Assembly: GCA_964390495.1 (NCBI GenBank)
Contig: CAYMIN010000011.1
Location: 29,701 to 93,700 of the forward strand
Reading direction: 5' to 3'
DNA: 64,000 nt
Source: an uncultured Armatimonadia bacterium
GTDB lineage: Bacteria > Armatimonadota > Zipacnadia > Zipacnadales > UBA11051
The notes beneath the pieces were generated by a model. It was not told the DNA's origin. It did no database searches and saw only the letters and a list, made by a program, of their open reading frames with translations. Positions 8,332-17,342 of the stretch are shown here, in pieces. The stretch's first letter is position 1. Each line of letters starts with the position of its first letter. The position numbers were made by a program, and so were the translations under genes.

Positions 8332-10170
8332 ATGTCACTACTGCTGAGAATCCTGGTCTTCGCGCGGCGCTATCGCTGGATGCTGGCCTGGGCGCTGTTT
8401 CTGGTCTTTGTGGCCACGGCCCTGAATATGGTAACCCCGTATTTGTTCGGGCTGTTGGTGGATCGTATCGCCGGCTACGAGAAGCTGGGCGAGCTGGGCA
8501 ATGTACCACCGGTCGAGCTGTCGGCTTATCGCGACGAGGCGTGGGTCTTTCTGCTGCTTATCTGTGGCGTAATTCTCGCCGTGGCCACCATCGCCACGCT
8601 TACCACCTACCCGCAGCAGATGATGCTGATCTTTGCGGGCAACCGCATCGTTTACGATATTCGCCGGCGGCTCTTTCGTCACCTGCAGCACCTCTCAATG
8701 CGCTACTTCGACAGCAACCCTCATGGCCGCATCATGTCCCGCGTCTTGTACGACGTTGAGGCCGTGCAGGGCATTGTCAGCAGCCAGCTTGTCGAGATCG
8801 TCACCAATGTCATCACCCTGACCGTAGCCATCGTGGTGCTGTTCATCTACAATGTCAGGCTTGCCTCGATCGCCGTCGGCATCCTGCCGCTGTATGTGTT
8901 CAACTTCCTGCTGATCAGGCAGCACATCCGCCATTCCGCCGCCGAGGCCCGCGAGCAGTACTCGCAAATCTACACCACATTGTCGGAGAGCATCTCCGGC
9001 ATCAAGGTCGTCAAGTCGTTCACCAGGGAGAGCTCGGAGGCGCGCGGCTTCGCCCGGGAAGTGCGCGAGAGTATCGGGATGAACATGCGCCTGGGCCACT
9101 GGCGCATCGTCCTCCATATCGGCGCCAACGTCATCACTCGCCTCGCCAATATCGGCATCCTGCTCTATGGCGGCTACATGGTGCTCTACACCGGCGAGAT
9201 CACCATGGGCGACCTGGTCGCCTTCAGGTCCTATCAGAGCATGCTCTACACGCCGGTGATAATGCTAGTGACCATCAACAATCAGATTCAGGTGGTGCTG
9301 GCCGCTATCGAGCGCATCTTCGAGACCCTCGACACCTCACCCGACATCGAGGAGCGCCGCGATGCCATCAAGCTCGAGAAGATCGAAGGCCGTGTCGAGA
9401 TGGAGCATGTGGACTTCGCCTACGAGCCGGGCGAGTTGGTGCTGGATGACATCAACTTCATCGCCGAGCCCGGCACGGTCACGGCCCTGGTCGGCCCCAG
9501 CGGCAGTGGCAAGAGCACTCTGGTCCATCTCATCCCCCGCTTCTACGACCCAACCAACGGCCGCGTCCTCATGGACGGCCACGATCTGCGCGATGTCTCG
9601 ATCAGCTCCTTGCGCCGCAACATCGCTATGGTGATGCAGGAGGACTTCCTGTTCATGGGCACGCTGCGCGAGAATATCAAGTACGGCCGTCCCGAGGCCA
9701 CTGACGAGCAAGTCCTGCAGGCGGCGGTGGCGGCCAATGCCCATGACTTCATCATGGAGTACCCGGATGGCTATGAAAGCATGGTCGGCGAGCGCGGCAC
9801 CCGGCTCTCCGGCGGCCAACGCCAGCGTATCTCCATCGCCAGGGCCATTCTGCGCGATCCCAGAATCCTCATCCTCGACGAGGCCACCAGTGCCCTCGAC
9901 TCCGAATCCGAAGCCCTGATCCAGGAAGCTCTCGAACACCTGATGAAGAACCGCACTACCTTCACTATCGCCCACCGGCTCTCCACCGTCATGAACGCCG
10001 ACATTATCTTGGTCCTCGACGAGGGGCGCATCGTCGAGCGCGGCAAGCATGTCGAGCTGGCGACCGCCGGCGGGGTCTATCAGATGCTGTGCGAGGTCCA
10101 GTTCAGCCAGGCCGCCGAAAAGATGCGGGAGCACGAAGAAGAACTCCGCCGCGCCCGCGAGGAAGAATGA
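8332..10170 (+). CDS. ABC exporter, fused permease/ATP-binding (MsbA/Sav1866 type)
   Basis: TM domain, Walker A GPSGSGKST, signature LSGGQRQR, Walker B ILILDEATSALD, IAHRLST. Start at MSLLLR (8332). Confidence 0.95.
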   Translation: MSLLLRILVFARRYRWMLAWALFLVFVATALNMVTPYLFGLLVDRIAGYEKLGELGNVPPVELSAYRDEAWVFLLLICGVILAVATIATLTTYPQQMMLIFAGNRIVYDIRRRLFRHLQHLSMRYFDSNPHGRIMSRVLYDVEAVQGIVSSQLVEIVTNVITLTVAIVVLFIYNVRLASIAVGILPLYVFNFLLIRQHIRHSAAEAREQYSQIYTTLSESISGIKVVKSFTRESSEARGFAREVRESIGMNMRLGHWRIVLHIGANVITRLANIGILLYGGYMVLYTGEITMGDLVAFRSYQSMLYTPVIMLVTINNQIQVVLAAIERIFETLDTSPDIEERRDAIKLEKIEGRVEMEHVDFAYEPGELVLDDINFIAEPGTVTALVGPSGSGKSTLVHLIPRFYDPTNGRVLMDGHDLRDVSISSLRRNIAMVMQEDFLFMGTLRENIKYGRPEATDEQVLQAAVAANAHDFIMEYPDGYESMVGERGTRLSGGQRQRISIARAILRDPRILILDEATSALDSESEALIQEALEHLMKNRTTFTIAHRLSTVMNADIILVLDEGRIVERGKHVELATAGGVYQMLCEVQFSQAAEKMREHEEELRRAREEE

Positions 10171-10227
10171 CAGCCCAGCCCTAGCCCCACCACTACCGAG
10201 GCCAGCCTTACTTGGCCTCACAGGAAA

Positions 10228-10980
10228 GTGAGAATCATGCTTATAGACTTCCACGCCCATGTACAGGATGACGACGAGGGCACCCGTGCCGACGAGATGG
10301 TGCGCGAGGCCCGGCGCATCGGCATTGATTACATCGGCATCAGCGAGCCGGTGACCCACAGCCGCGACAGCCTGGAGGTCGTCCAGCGCCAGAATGACCT
10401 GGTCTTCCGTACCTACGAGCGCTACCCCGACTTCTTCATCCCGCTGGTCTATACCCACGCCAATCTCGGCCAGGCGGCGCTGGACGAAGTCCACAAGGGC
10501 TTCGACCGCGGGGCCAGAGGCATCAAGATGGAGGTTGCGACGGTGATTACCGACAAGTGCGTCGAACCGATCATCGAGGAGGCCATCGCCCGTGACGTGG
10601 CGCTGCTGCAGCACAGTTGGCACAAGGTCACCGGCAACTACCCCTTCGAGACCGATGGCGTCCACTGTGCCGAGATCGGCCGCCGCTACCCGGAGCTCAA
10701 GCTCGTCATGGCCCACATCAGTGGCGATAACCGCTGGGGCATCCGCGCCATCCGCGACGTGCCCTCGGTCTATACCGACTGCAGCGGCTCGATCGCCGAC
10801 TACGGTCACATCGAGTATTGCGTCGAGCAACTCGGCGCCGACCGCTTGCTCTGGGGCACCGATGCCCGGGGCGCGGATTTCCTCTACACCTTAGCCAAGG
10901 TCCGCGACAGCCACCTCAGCGACGAAGCCAAGGCCAAGGTCCTGGGCCTCAACGCCGCCAAGCTGCTGAAAGTGGTCTGA
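10228..10980 (+). CDS. Amidohydrolase family 2 protein, canonical metal ligands
   Basis: DFHAH, GIKM, LQHS, MAHI and WGTD all present; alternative start at 10237. Confidence 0.88.
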   Translation: MRIMLIDFHAHVQDDDEGTRADEMVREARRIGIDYIGISEPVTHSRDSLEVVQRQNDLVFRTYERYPDFFIPLVYTHANLGQAALDEVHKGFDRGARGIKMEVATVITDKCVEPIIEEAIARDVALLQHSWHKVTGNYPFETDGVHCAEIGRRYPELKLVMAHISGDNRWGIRAIRDVPSVYTDCSGSIADYGHIEYCVEQLGADRLLWGTDARGADFLYTLAKVRDSHLSDEAKAKVLGLNAAKLLKVV

Positions 10981-10987
10981 AGATTCC

Positions 10988-11794
10988 ATGGCCGTCCACA
11001 AAATGGAGAAAGCGACGATAACCATGATTGACTTCTGTTGCGACATCGGGAATTACGCCTTTCGCGAATGGCCCGCCGATGATACCGCCGGCACGCTTGC
11101 GCTGATGGACCGGGCCGGCATTGATTTGGCGGTCGTCGGCAGCATTGACGCCATCACCTACGTCAGCCCGCACCCGGCCAACGAGCGGCTGATGGCCGAC
11201 CTCCAGGCCAACGATCCCGACAGCCGGCTGATACCCTATACGACCCTCAGCCCGGTCTATCCCGGCGTCGAGCGCGATATGGAGGAAAGCCGCGAGCTAG
11301 GCTTCCGCGGCCTGAAGCTCTATCCGAGCTACCACGGCTATCAGATTGACGATCCGCCGGCACTCAGGCTGATCGAGATGGCCACAGGCTGGGGCTGGCC
11401 GGTGATAGTCACCGTGCGCATCGAGGACGAGCGCCACCACCACCCGCTGATGAAGGTCAAGCCGGTCCCGCTCGAGAGCATCATGTGGGCGGCCCGGCAG
11501 CTTCCCGAGGCCACCATCATCCTCAGCGCCGGCAACAGCGCCGGGACGCCGCGCTTCCTGGAGCAGACCCGCGATCTGCCCAACGTCTATGCCGAGCTGT
11601 CTTACGTCAAGGGACCGCTACGGGCGCTGGAGATTCTGGTGGAGAGGTTTGGCAGCGAGCGGATGCTCTTGGGCACGCACATGCCGTTTGTCTATCCCGG
11701 CTGCGGGATCGCCAAGATCGCCGAGGCTGACATCTCCGAGGCGGCTAAGCAGGCGATCCTGGAGGGCAACGCCGCACACATTCTCGGATTGTGA
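10988..11794 (+). CDS. Amidohydrolase-fold protein lacking metal ligands (putative pseudoenzyme partner)
   Basis: TIM-barrel pattern retained (GIDLAVV, GLKLYP, FGSERMLLGT, ILEGNAAHIL), but HxH is replaced by CCD, both later His are absent, and the catalytic Asp is replaced (GTH). Confidence 0.8.
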   Translation: MAVHKMEKATITMIDFCCDIGNYAFREWPADDTAGTLALMDRAGIDLAVVGSIDAITYVSPHPANERLMADLQANDPDSRLIPYTTLSPVYPGVERDMEESRELGFRGLKLYPSYHGYQIDDPPALRLIEMATGWGWPVIVTVRIEDERHHHPLMKVKPVPLESIMWAARQLPEATIILSAGNSAGTPRFLEQTRDLPNVYAELSYVKGPLRALEILVERFGSERMLLGTHMPFVYPGCGIAKIAEADISEAAKQAILEGNAAHILGL

Positions 11795-11981
11795 CTCAAA
11801 GGGATGGTTAGAGTGCATGAAAAAAGGTTTTATTTGTTTGCGTTTGCGATATACTAAAGATAATAGTGGCGAAAGTGCGCCGAAGATGTATAAATAGCCT
11901 CACTGGTGCCATGAGTACCTCGGGGATGGCGGGGGCTGGACAAAGCTTCGCTATGCCGTTCGTAGTTCGGAGGTGAAAGCA

Positions 11982-12758
11982 GTGGTTGAAGTGATCGGTG
12001 TGGCCTTGCCAAATGCGACAGCCATTCATTCTAAAGTTAGTATGGTAAAATACGGGCCTTATCCGCTTCACATTGTCGTAATGGACATCACTAACTGGAC
12101 TCGCCTATGCTATGAGGCCAAACAAGCCAATCGCTTCGACGCTATCGCCGAAGGCTTCCGCATATTCGTCGCAGAAGCCTACCAGGCCGAACTCCAGGTG
12201 CGCGTGAACCCGTGCCGCCGGCCGGATAAGTTCCCCCTGGCACGGGAGAGCGAAGATAGTGAACTAGTGGATCCTACGGTGGACATCGCAAACCATACTG
12301 GCGACGGTTTCATTCTGCTATGTTCCAACGCCGAGATGACGCTTGATTTTGCCCGCAAGCTTCGAGACAACGCATTTCGTGCTCTGGTAGATTGCCTCAA
12401 GGCTAGCCACATTTGTTCGGCTGATGACGTTGAGTTACGTCTTGCTATTCATTCCGGAGATGTATGGACAATTCTCAGTAGCGAATCTCAGGCTGCCGAA
12501 GAGCAGTTCGCGATGGGTGATTTCTACTTCTCGGAAGCAATCAACCTCGCGTCAAGACTCGTAACATCAGACTTCTGTCGCGCCGCCAGTACGCGGGCAA
12601 TCTGTACGGAAGAGTTCCGACAATGCTTGCCCGAAAAATACGGGCCTCTATTCGGCCAGCCCCATGAATTGCGCGGGCGCAAAGATGGTGACGAAGAGCG
12701 CGACATAGACTATCCGACCAATGTTCACGTTCACGAGATCTTTGGAGAACCGAAGTAA
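11982..12758 (+). CDS. Stand-alone class III nucleotide (adenylate/guanylate-type) cyclase domain protein
   Basis: VVMDIT, TGDGF, LRLAIHSGDV, AINLASRL and ELRGRK motifs. GGAGGTG RBS precedes GTG 11982 (track start 11973). Looks AT-richer than its flanks (by eye). Confidence 0.75.
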   Translation: MVEVIGVALPNATAIHSKVSMVKYGPYPLHIVVMDITNWTRLCYEAKQANRFDAIAEGFRIFVAEAYQAELQVRVNPCRRPDKFPLARESEDSELVDPTVDIANHTGDGFILLCSNAEMTLDFARKLRDNAFRALVDCLKASHICSADDVELRLAIHSGDVWTILSSESQAAEEQFAMGDFYFSEAINLASRLVTSDFCRAASTRAICTEEFRQCLPEKYGPLFGQPHELRGRKDGDEERDIDYPTNVHVHEIFGEPK

Positions 12759-12768
12759 CGCGTGTGGA

Positions 12769-13323
12769 TTATCGCCGTACAGAGTATATACACCCGCAAT
12801 ACTTCTGGCGATACAGGCCGTACTTCTTCGCTAGCTCCACACTGCGCTTGAAGCCGTCGTGCTTTCTGAAATCCTCGCCCAAGAACTTGACACCAACCAA
12901 CGCTGCCGCCGCCTCTCCGTGCGGGTTGATCTGCGCCGCCGGCTTGTGCGGGCTGACGGTCAGCGTCGAGGCGAAATACTCGCAGCCCAGCTCTTTTGCC
13001 TTTTGGGCCGTCTTCTGCAGCCGTAGGGCGAAGCACACCTCACAGCGCGCCCCGCCTTCAGGCTCGTCTTCAAGGCCGCGCACGGCTTCGGCCCATGCTG
13101 CTTCCCCGCTCTCGTCAACGATTAGTTCCATGCCGACTAGCTCGGCCAGTTGCCGCATCGCCGCGAGCCGCTTGTGGGCTTCCTCAAGCGGCTGGATATT
13201 GGGGTTATACCAGTAGCAGATCACCTCATAATCGCGCGCCAGCCGCTCATAGACTGCGGTGGCGTCCGGCGCGCAGCAGCAGTGCAAGAGCAGTCTCGGT
13301 TTCTTCTGTTCGCGTTCAGTCAT
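12769..13323 (-). CDS. queH: Epoxyqueuosine reductase QueH (DUF208)
   Basis: LLLHCCCAPD, YNPNIQP, RCEVCF, STLTVSPHK, YRQKYCGC. Confidence 0.92.
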   Translation of the reverse strand: MTEREQKKPRLLLHCCCAPDATAVYERLARDYEVICYWYNPNIQPLEEAHKRLAAMRQLAELVGMELIVDESGEAAWAEAVRGLEDEPEGGARCEVCFALRLQKTAQKAKELGCEYFASTLTVSPHKPAAQINPHGEAAAALVGVKFLGEDFRKHDGFKRSVELAKKYGLYRQKYCGCIYSVRR

Positions 13324-13331
13324 TTCATCCG

Positions 13332-13389
13332 CCCTCACCCCCGGCCCCTCTCCCGCTGGGAGAGGGGTGCCCGAAGGGCGGGGTGAGGG
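13332..13389. repeat. Nested palindromic intergenic element (CCCTCACCCC/CCCCTCTCCC type)
   Basis: Outer pair CCCTCACCCC/GGGGTGAGGG, inner CCCCTCTCCC-GCT-GGGAGAGGGG and GCCC-GAA-GGGC. A partial copy lies at 27503-27540. Confidence 0.8.
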
Positions 13390-13393
13390 GCAG

Positions 13394-14470
13394 TTAACTC
13401 CCCCTTACCTCCCCATCCTCCGAAATCTCCGTCACCTCGCTCAGTCCCGCATAGGCCACCGCTCGCAGCCAGGTGCTGAGGCTCTCGCCGGCCTGTATCT
13501 GCAGTTGCCGGTTCTCTTTCATGCACTCGGTCAGGATCGCCGGGTAGCTGGAGAACGGCTCCAGCGCGATCACATACCACCGTCCCCAGCTCGGCGCTTG
13601 CGGGTTGCCGCACAGCGAGATCCAGTACCAGATATGCTTGAACACCTCGGTGTCGAAGGCCATGCCGAAGCCGACTTGCTTCTCGGTGTTGGTGACCGCG
13701 TACCAGCCGTCGGTCAGGTCGGTCAGATAAAGCATGTCCTCCAGCTTGCTCTCAGGCGGGCCAATGTGGCGCACATCAATCATCGCCCCGTCCTGGCTCT
13801 CGCCGGTGGGCCAGGTGAACTCGTGCAGCGGCTGGAAGCGGCCCTCCGGCGGCGCGTTGGGGTCCACTACCACCTTGCGCGCGCCGCAGGACACCACACA
13901 GTCCTGAGACAGAAACGGCGGCCCGAAGGCCGGATGATGTCCCCACATCAGGTCCAGGTCCTGGTCGCTTTCGTTGGTGAGGATTTCATCAATCTCCAGC
14001 ACGCCGCAGCCGCTGCGTAAGGTCAGCGTCTTTGCGAGCAGAAACGGCGTCCGGTAGGTCCGGGTCCAGAGTTTCGCCTGCACGATTTCGGGGTCGTCCT
14101 CGATAATCTGGCAGTTCCAGGGGATGCCCCACAGTTCCCCGTGCTGGCCCATCTCGACGGCGCGATACTCACAGGAGCGCCCGCCGTTGGGCAGCAGCTC
14201 CTGCCAGCCGCCTTCGTAGAAGTCCGAGAAGGGCCCGTGGGTGGCCTCGCGCATGTTATGGCTGTTCAGGTGCGGCCTGACGCCCAGCGGGCTGCGCCAC
14301 ATGAAGTCGGTGTCGGTGGGCTTGTGCACAAACTCGAAGATATCGCTGCCCTTGTCGAGCAAGATGGAGACGCGGATCAGCTCGTTTTCGATGACCATCA
14401 TGCGCAGGCCGCGATAGGTAAGCTCGTCGTTGACCCGGCAGCCGTAGTTACGCTCGTGGGTGTAAGCCAT
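13394..14470 (-). CDS. Aldose 1-epimerase / galactose mutarotase-like (DUF4432-like) protein
   Basis: GGWQELLPNGG, HGELW, MWGHHPAFG and ALEPFS motifs. Confidence 0.8.
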   Translation of the reverse strand: MAYTHERNYGCRVNDELTYRGLRMMVIENELIRVSILLDKGSDIFEFVHKPTDTDFMWRSPLGVRPHLNSHNMREATHGPFSDFYEGGWQELLPNGGRSCEYRAVEMGQHGELWGIPWNCQIIEDDPEIVQAKLWTRTYRTPFLLAKTLTLRSGCGVLEIDEILTNESDQDLDLMWGHHPAFGPPFLSQDCVVSCGARKVVVDPNAPPEGRFQPLHEFTWPTGESQDGAMIDVRHIGPPESKLEDMLYLTDLTDGWYAVTNTEKQVGFGMAFDTEVFKHIWYWISLCGNPQAPSWGRWYVIALEPFSSYPAILTECMKENRQLQIQAGESLSTWLRAVAYAGLSEVTEISEDGEVRGS

Positions 14471-14652
14471 CGCTCTGACCTCCTATGCAGCACTGACCTA
14501 GATGCAGGCACTCCTGGGTATTGTTTCGCTGGCAGGCAGGTTCTGGCCTCCCATTACGCAGAACAGGAAGTATTCTATTCCCGGACGGCGAATAGTATAT
14601 GCGTAGGCAGTCGTGCGGGTGCCTACAATGCAGATGGAGAGGAGTTCATTTC

Positions 14653-17232
14653 ATGGTCAAGACGCGGGCTATTATGCTGACAGGAATCATCTTAGCTCTA
14701 TGCGCTGTCGCCTCATCCGCAGCGATTGACCTCAACCTGCTTGTCAATGGGGACTTTGAGGCAGGCGCTTGGAGTCAGGCGGTGTGGAGCGGTCAGGGCG
14801 AAAGCTCCATCACTAGCGACCAGTTCCACGGTGGGGCCAAGTCGCTGCACCTGCAGGGCACCCAGCCGGCCACCGTCGTCGCGGACCGTAGCTTCGGGCT
14901 GTTTGCCCCGGGTAAGCCGATCTCGCTCAGCGGCTATTGGAAGGGCAAGGTAACCGCCGGCACCGGTGGCCGCATCGTCCTGCGCTGGCTCGATGGAGCG
15001 GGCGAAAAGCTAGCCGACGAGGCGCCGATTACCAAGAACGGGGAGTTCGATTGGGAGCGCTTTGAGGCCACCTTTACACCGCCACAAAAGGCTGCCAGGG
15101 GCCAGCTCTTCCTGGAAATCTGGGAGACCGTCGGTGAGGTCTGGTATGACGATGTGCAGGTGCTCCAGCAGGTTGAGCCGCTGCGGCCTGGCGACATCCT
15201 GACCGGCAAGGCCCTCGACATTGTCAGAGTCGCGGTTTTCGACGCCAACGCGGCCGGTGGCAGGGGCTATGGCGGGCCGGGGATTCAGCAGATGCTGGCC
15301 GCCCAGCCGGGCATCAGCGCCGAGATTGTCAGTGACCTTTCCCTGCGCACTCTGGTCAAGTACGATGCCCTGATGCTGCCGAATGTCCACGACCTGGGCC
15401 GGGCGCAGAGTGACAGCCTGCTCGCGGCCAATCCGCAGCTTGCCTGGATGGCCGATGCGCGGGCGGCTATCTCGGCTTACGTGCGCATGGGCGGCGGGCT
15501 GCTCCTGACCCACATTTCATGCGGCCAGGGCGCTTTCGCTACTCCGCTGGCCCCACGGATTACCACAGTCATAGACAAGACCTTCGACATCCGGGCGACC
15601 GAGTTTCTCGACCATCCTGTCACCGTCGGCCTGGAGCCGTTTGAGCCGAGCTTCGAGGACTCCCGCGTTTTGCAGGCAGGCCCGTTGGGACACGTCATCA
15701 TGAAGAACAAGTCCGGTCACGCGCTGGCGGTAGTCGGCAACCTCGGCAACGGCAGAGTCATAGGGATCGGTATGTGCCCCGGCATTGACAAGAACACTGA
15801 CCCGGTGGTTCCGAGCGGCGGTGAGGCGCAACTGGTCGTCAATGCCGTCAAGTGGGCCGCCGCCACCGAGCTGCAGCCCTACTTCGTAGTCGTCTCGCCG
15901 AATGTGGTGACGCTTACCGAGCCCGATCAGCCGCTTGAGCTGACCGTGACCCTCCTCCCGACCCAGGACCCCGCCGCCGGTGAAGTGGCTCTGGAGTTCG
16001 CTCTGGCAGGGCAGGAGGAGAGAGTTGCGCCGCAGAAAATCAGTGACCGGGAAAGCACCGACGGTCTCAGCACCATGCGCGTCAGCTTCCCCACCGCTGA
16101 TTTGACCGATGGAACGTATTATGTCGAGGTGAAAACGAGTATGGCCACTTATGATGAGCCCGACCTTGTCGCCACAGTTGAGAACCAGGCCGGATTTGCC
16201 AAATTCGCCGACACGCTGCCCAAGTCGGAGTTTGAGTGGAGCGCGATGAACGTGCACGGGCCGGGCGCGATCAGGAGCGAAGCCGACGCCGTCCAGATGG
16301 CCCAGATGGCCAATGAGATGCACTTCAAGGCGGTGCTGTACAATGCCAAGCCGCCGGACGGCTACCAGTATTACAATACCGAGGTCGGCGAGAAAGCGCC
16401 CGGCTTTGAGGAGGTTGACCCTCTGGCGCTGGTGGTGAAGGCCTGCCACGACGAGGGCCTCCAGCTTCTGGTGCAGTTCTGCACCTTCGCCGAGGGCAGC
16501 GCCGCCAATCCCAGCAAGTTCATCCGCGAGCACCCCGAGTATGCCGACTGGAACCCGGTTGACGGGCCGGACCTGACCAAGCATCAGCATGGTGTCTTCG
16601 GCTGCCCCGACCGGCCGGAGGTGCGGCAGTACGAACTGGCCTTGATCCGGGAGATGTGCGAGAACTACGACATTGACGGGATCAGCTTCGACTATATCCG
16701 CTACAAGAACGACGCCTACTGCGTGTGCCCGTACAGCCGGGAGAAGCTGGCCGAATACTGCCAGGCGCATCCCGATTTGAGCGAGGCCGCGGCCCGCGCG
16801 CAGATGTCCAAGGAGGCTATCGTCAGCTTTACCTGGGAGGTGCGCAAGCTGCTGGACGAGTTCGACCCCAAGCTGCTGCTGCACGGCTACTGCCATCCGA
16901 CGTGGGCCAACGAGTTCCCGCTCAAGTACCTGTCCTTCCGCGCCTCGGCTCACGGCAAGGACCCGGCACGCGGCGGTGGCTGGTCGCTGCAGCAGGTGTA
17001 CGAGGCGGCCCAGCGCAATGTCGAGTTGGCCGACGACCACATCGAGTACATGCGGGCGGCGCCGATGGCCGATACCGCTTACCTGGACTGGGCCAAGAGC
17101 CCGGAGCGCTTCCGCCGCGAGCTGCGTTTGATCAGCCACGCCGGCGCTCGCGACATCATGATCTATCTCTACTCCACGCTCCGTCACAAGCCGGAGCTGC
17201 GCGAGGCCATCGCCCAGGAACTGGCCGACTGA
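14653..17232 (+). CDS. Secreted multidomain glycoside hydrolase: CBM4/9-like + ThuA/GATase-like + GHL10 (DUF187)-like catalytic barrel
   Basis: Signal peptide; LLVNGDFE...WYDDVQV (CBM-like); YDALMLP...GGGLL...HPVTVGL (ThuA-like); CPDRPEVRQY...NYDIDGISFDYIRY (GHL10-like). Start at MVKTR (14653). Confidence 0.72.
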   Translation: MVKTRAIMLTGIILALCAVASSAAIDLNLLVNGDFEAGAWSQAVWSGQGESSITSDQFHGGAKSLHLQGTQPATVVADRSFGLFAPGKPISLSGYWKGKVTAGTGGRIVLRWLDGAGEKLADEAPITKNGEFDWERFEATFTPPQKAARGQLFLEIWETVGEVWYDDVQVLQQVEPLRPGDILTGKALDIVRVAVFDANAAGGRGYGGPGIQQMLAAQPGISAEIVSDLSLRTLVKYDALMLPNVHDLGRAQSDSLLAANPQLAWMADARAAISAYVRMGGGLLLTHISCGQGAFATPLAPRITTVIDKTFDIRATEFLDHPVTVGLEPFEPSFEDSRVLQAGPLGHVIMKNKSGHALAVVGNLGNGRVIGIGMCPGIDKNTDPVVPSGGEAQLVVNAVKWAAATELQPYFVVVSPNVVTLTEPDQPLELTVTLLPTQDPAAGEVALEFALAGQEERVAPQKISDRESTDGLSTMRVSFPTADLTDGTYYVEVKTSMATYDEPDLVATVENQAGFAKFADTLPKSEFEWSAMNVHGPGAIRSEADAVQMAQMANEMHFKAVLYNAKPPDGYQYYNTEVGEKAPGFEEVDPLALVVKACHDEGLQLLVQFCTFAEGSAANPSKFIREHPEYADWNPVDGPDLTKHQHGVFGCPDRPEVRQYELALIREMCENYDIDGISFDYIRYKNDAYCVCPYSREKLAEYCQAHPDLSEAAARAQMSKEAIVSFTWEVRKLLDEFDPKLLLHGYCHPTWANEFPLKYLSFRASAHGKDPARGGGWSLQQVYEAAQRNVELADDHIEYMRAAPMADTAYLDWAKSPERFRRELRLISHAGARDIMIYLYSTLRHKPELREAIAQELAD

Positions 17233-17342
17233 TACCGCACCTGTAAACCCGGTTTGCAGGAATATCCGCTGACATGAGGAAATATCGCTCAGTCAGCGGA
17301 CACATTTGGGACTGAGACGACCGTACACGGAGGTGCACGGAT

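Noticed and set aside
11982-12758. Calling the cyclase a complete Pycsar system
   Set aside because: No TM, TIR or other effector gene is adjacent (its neighbours are an amidohydrolase-like gene and convergent queH). It is kept only as a candidate.
15517-17187. Long antisense ORFs (e.g. 15517-17187, 9337-10830, 59489-61885, 789-2036, 31791-32933)
   Set aside because: All lie opposite well-supported genes. Long stop-free antisense frames are expected in high-GC coding DNA, and the translations lack family motifs.
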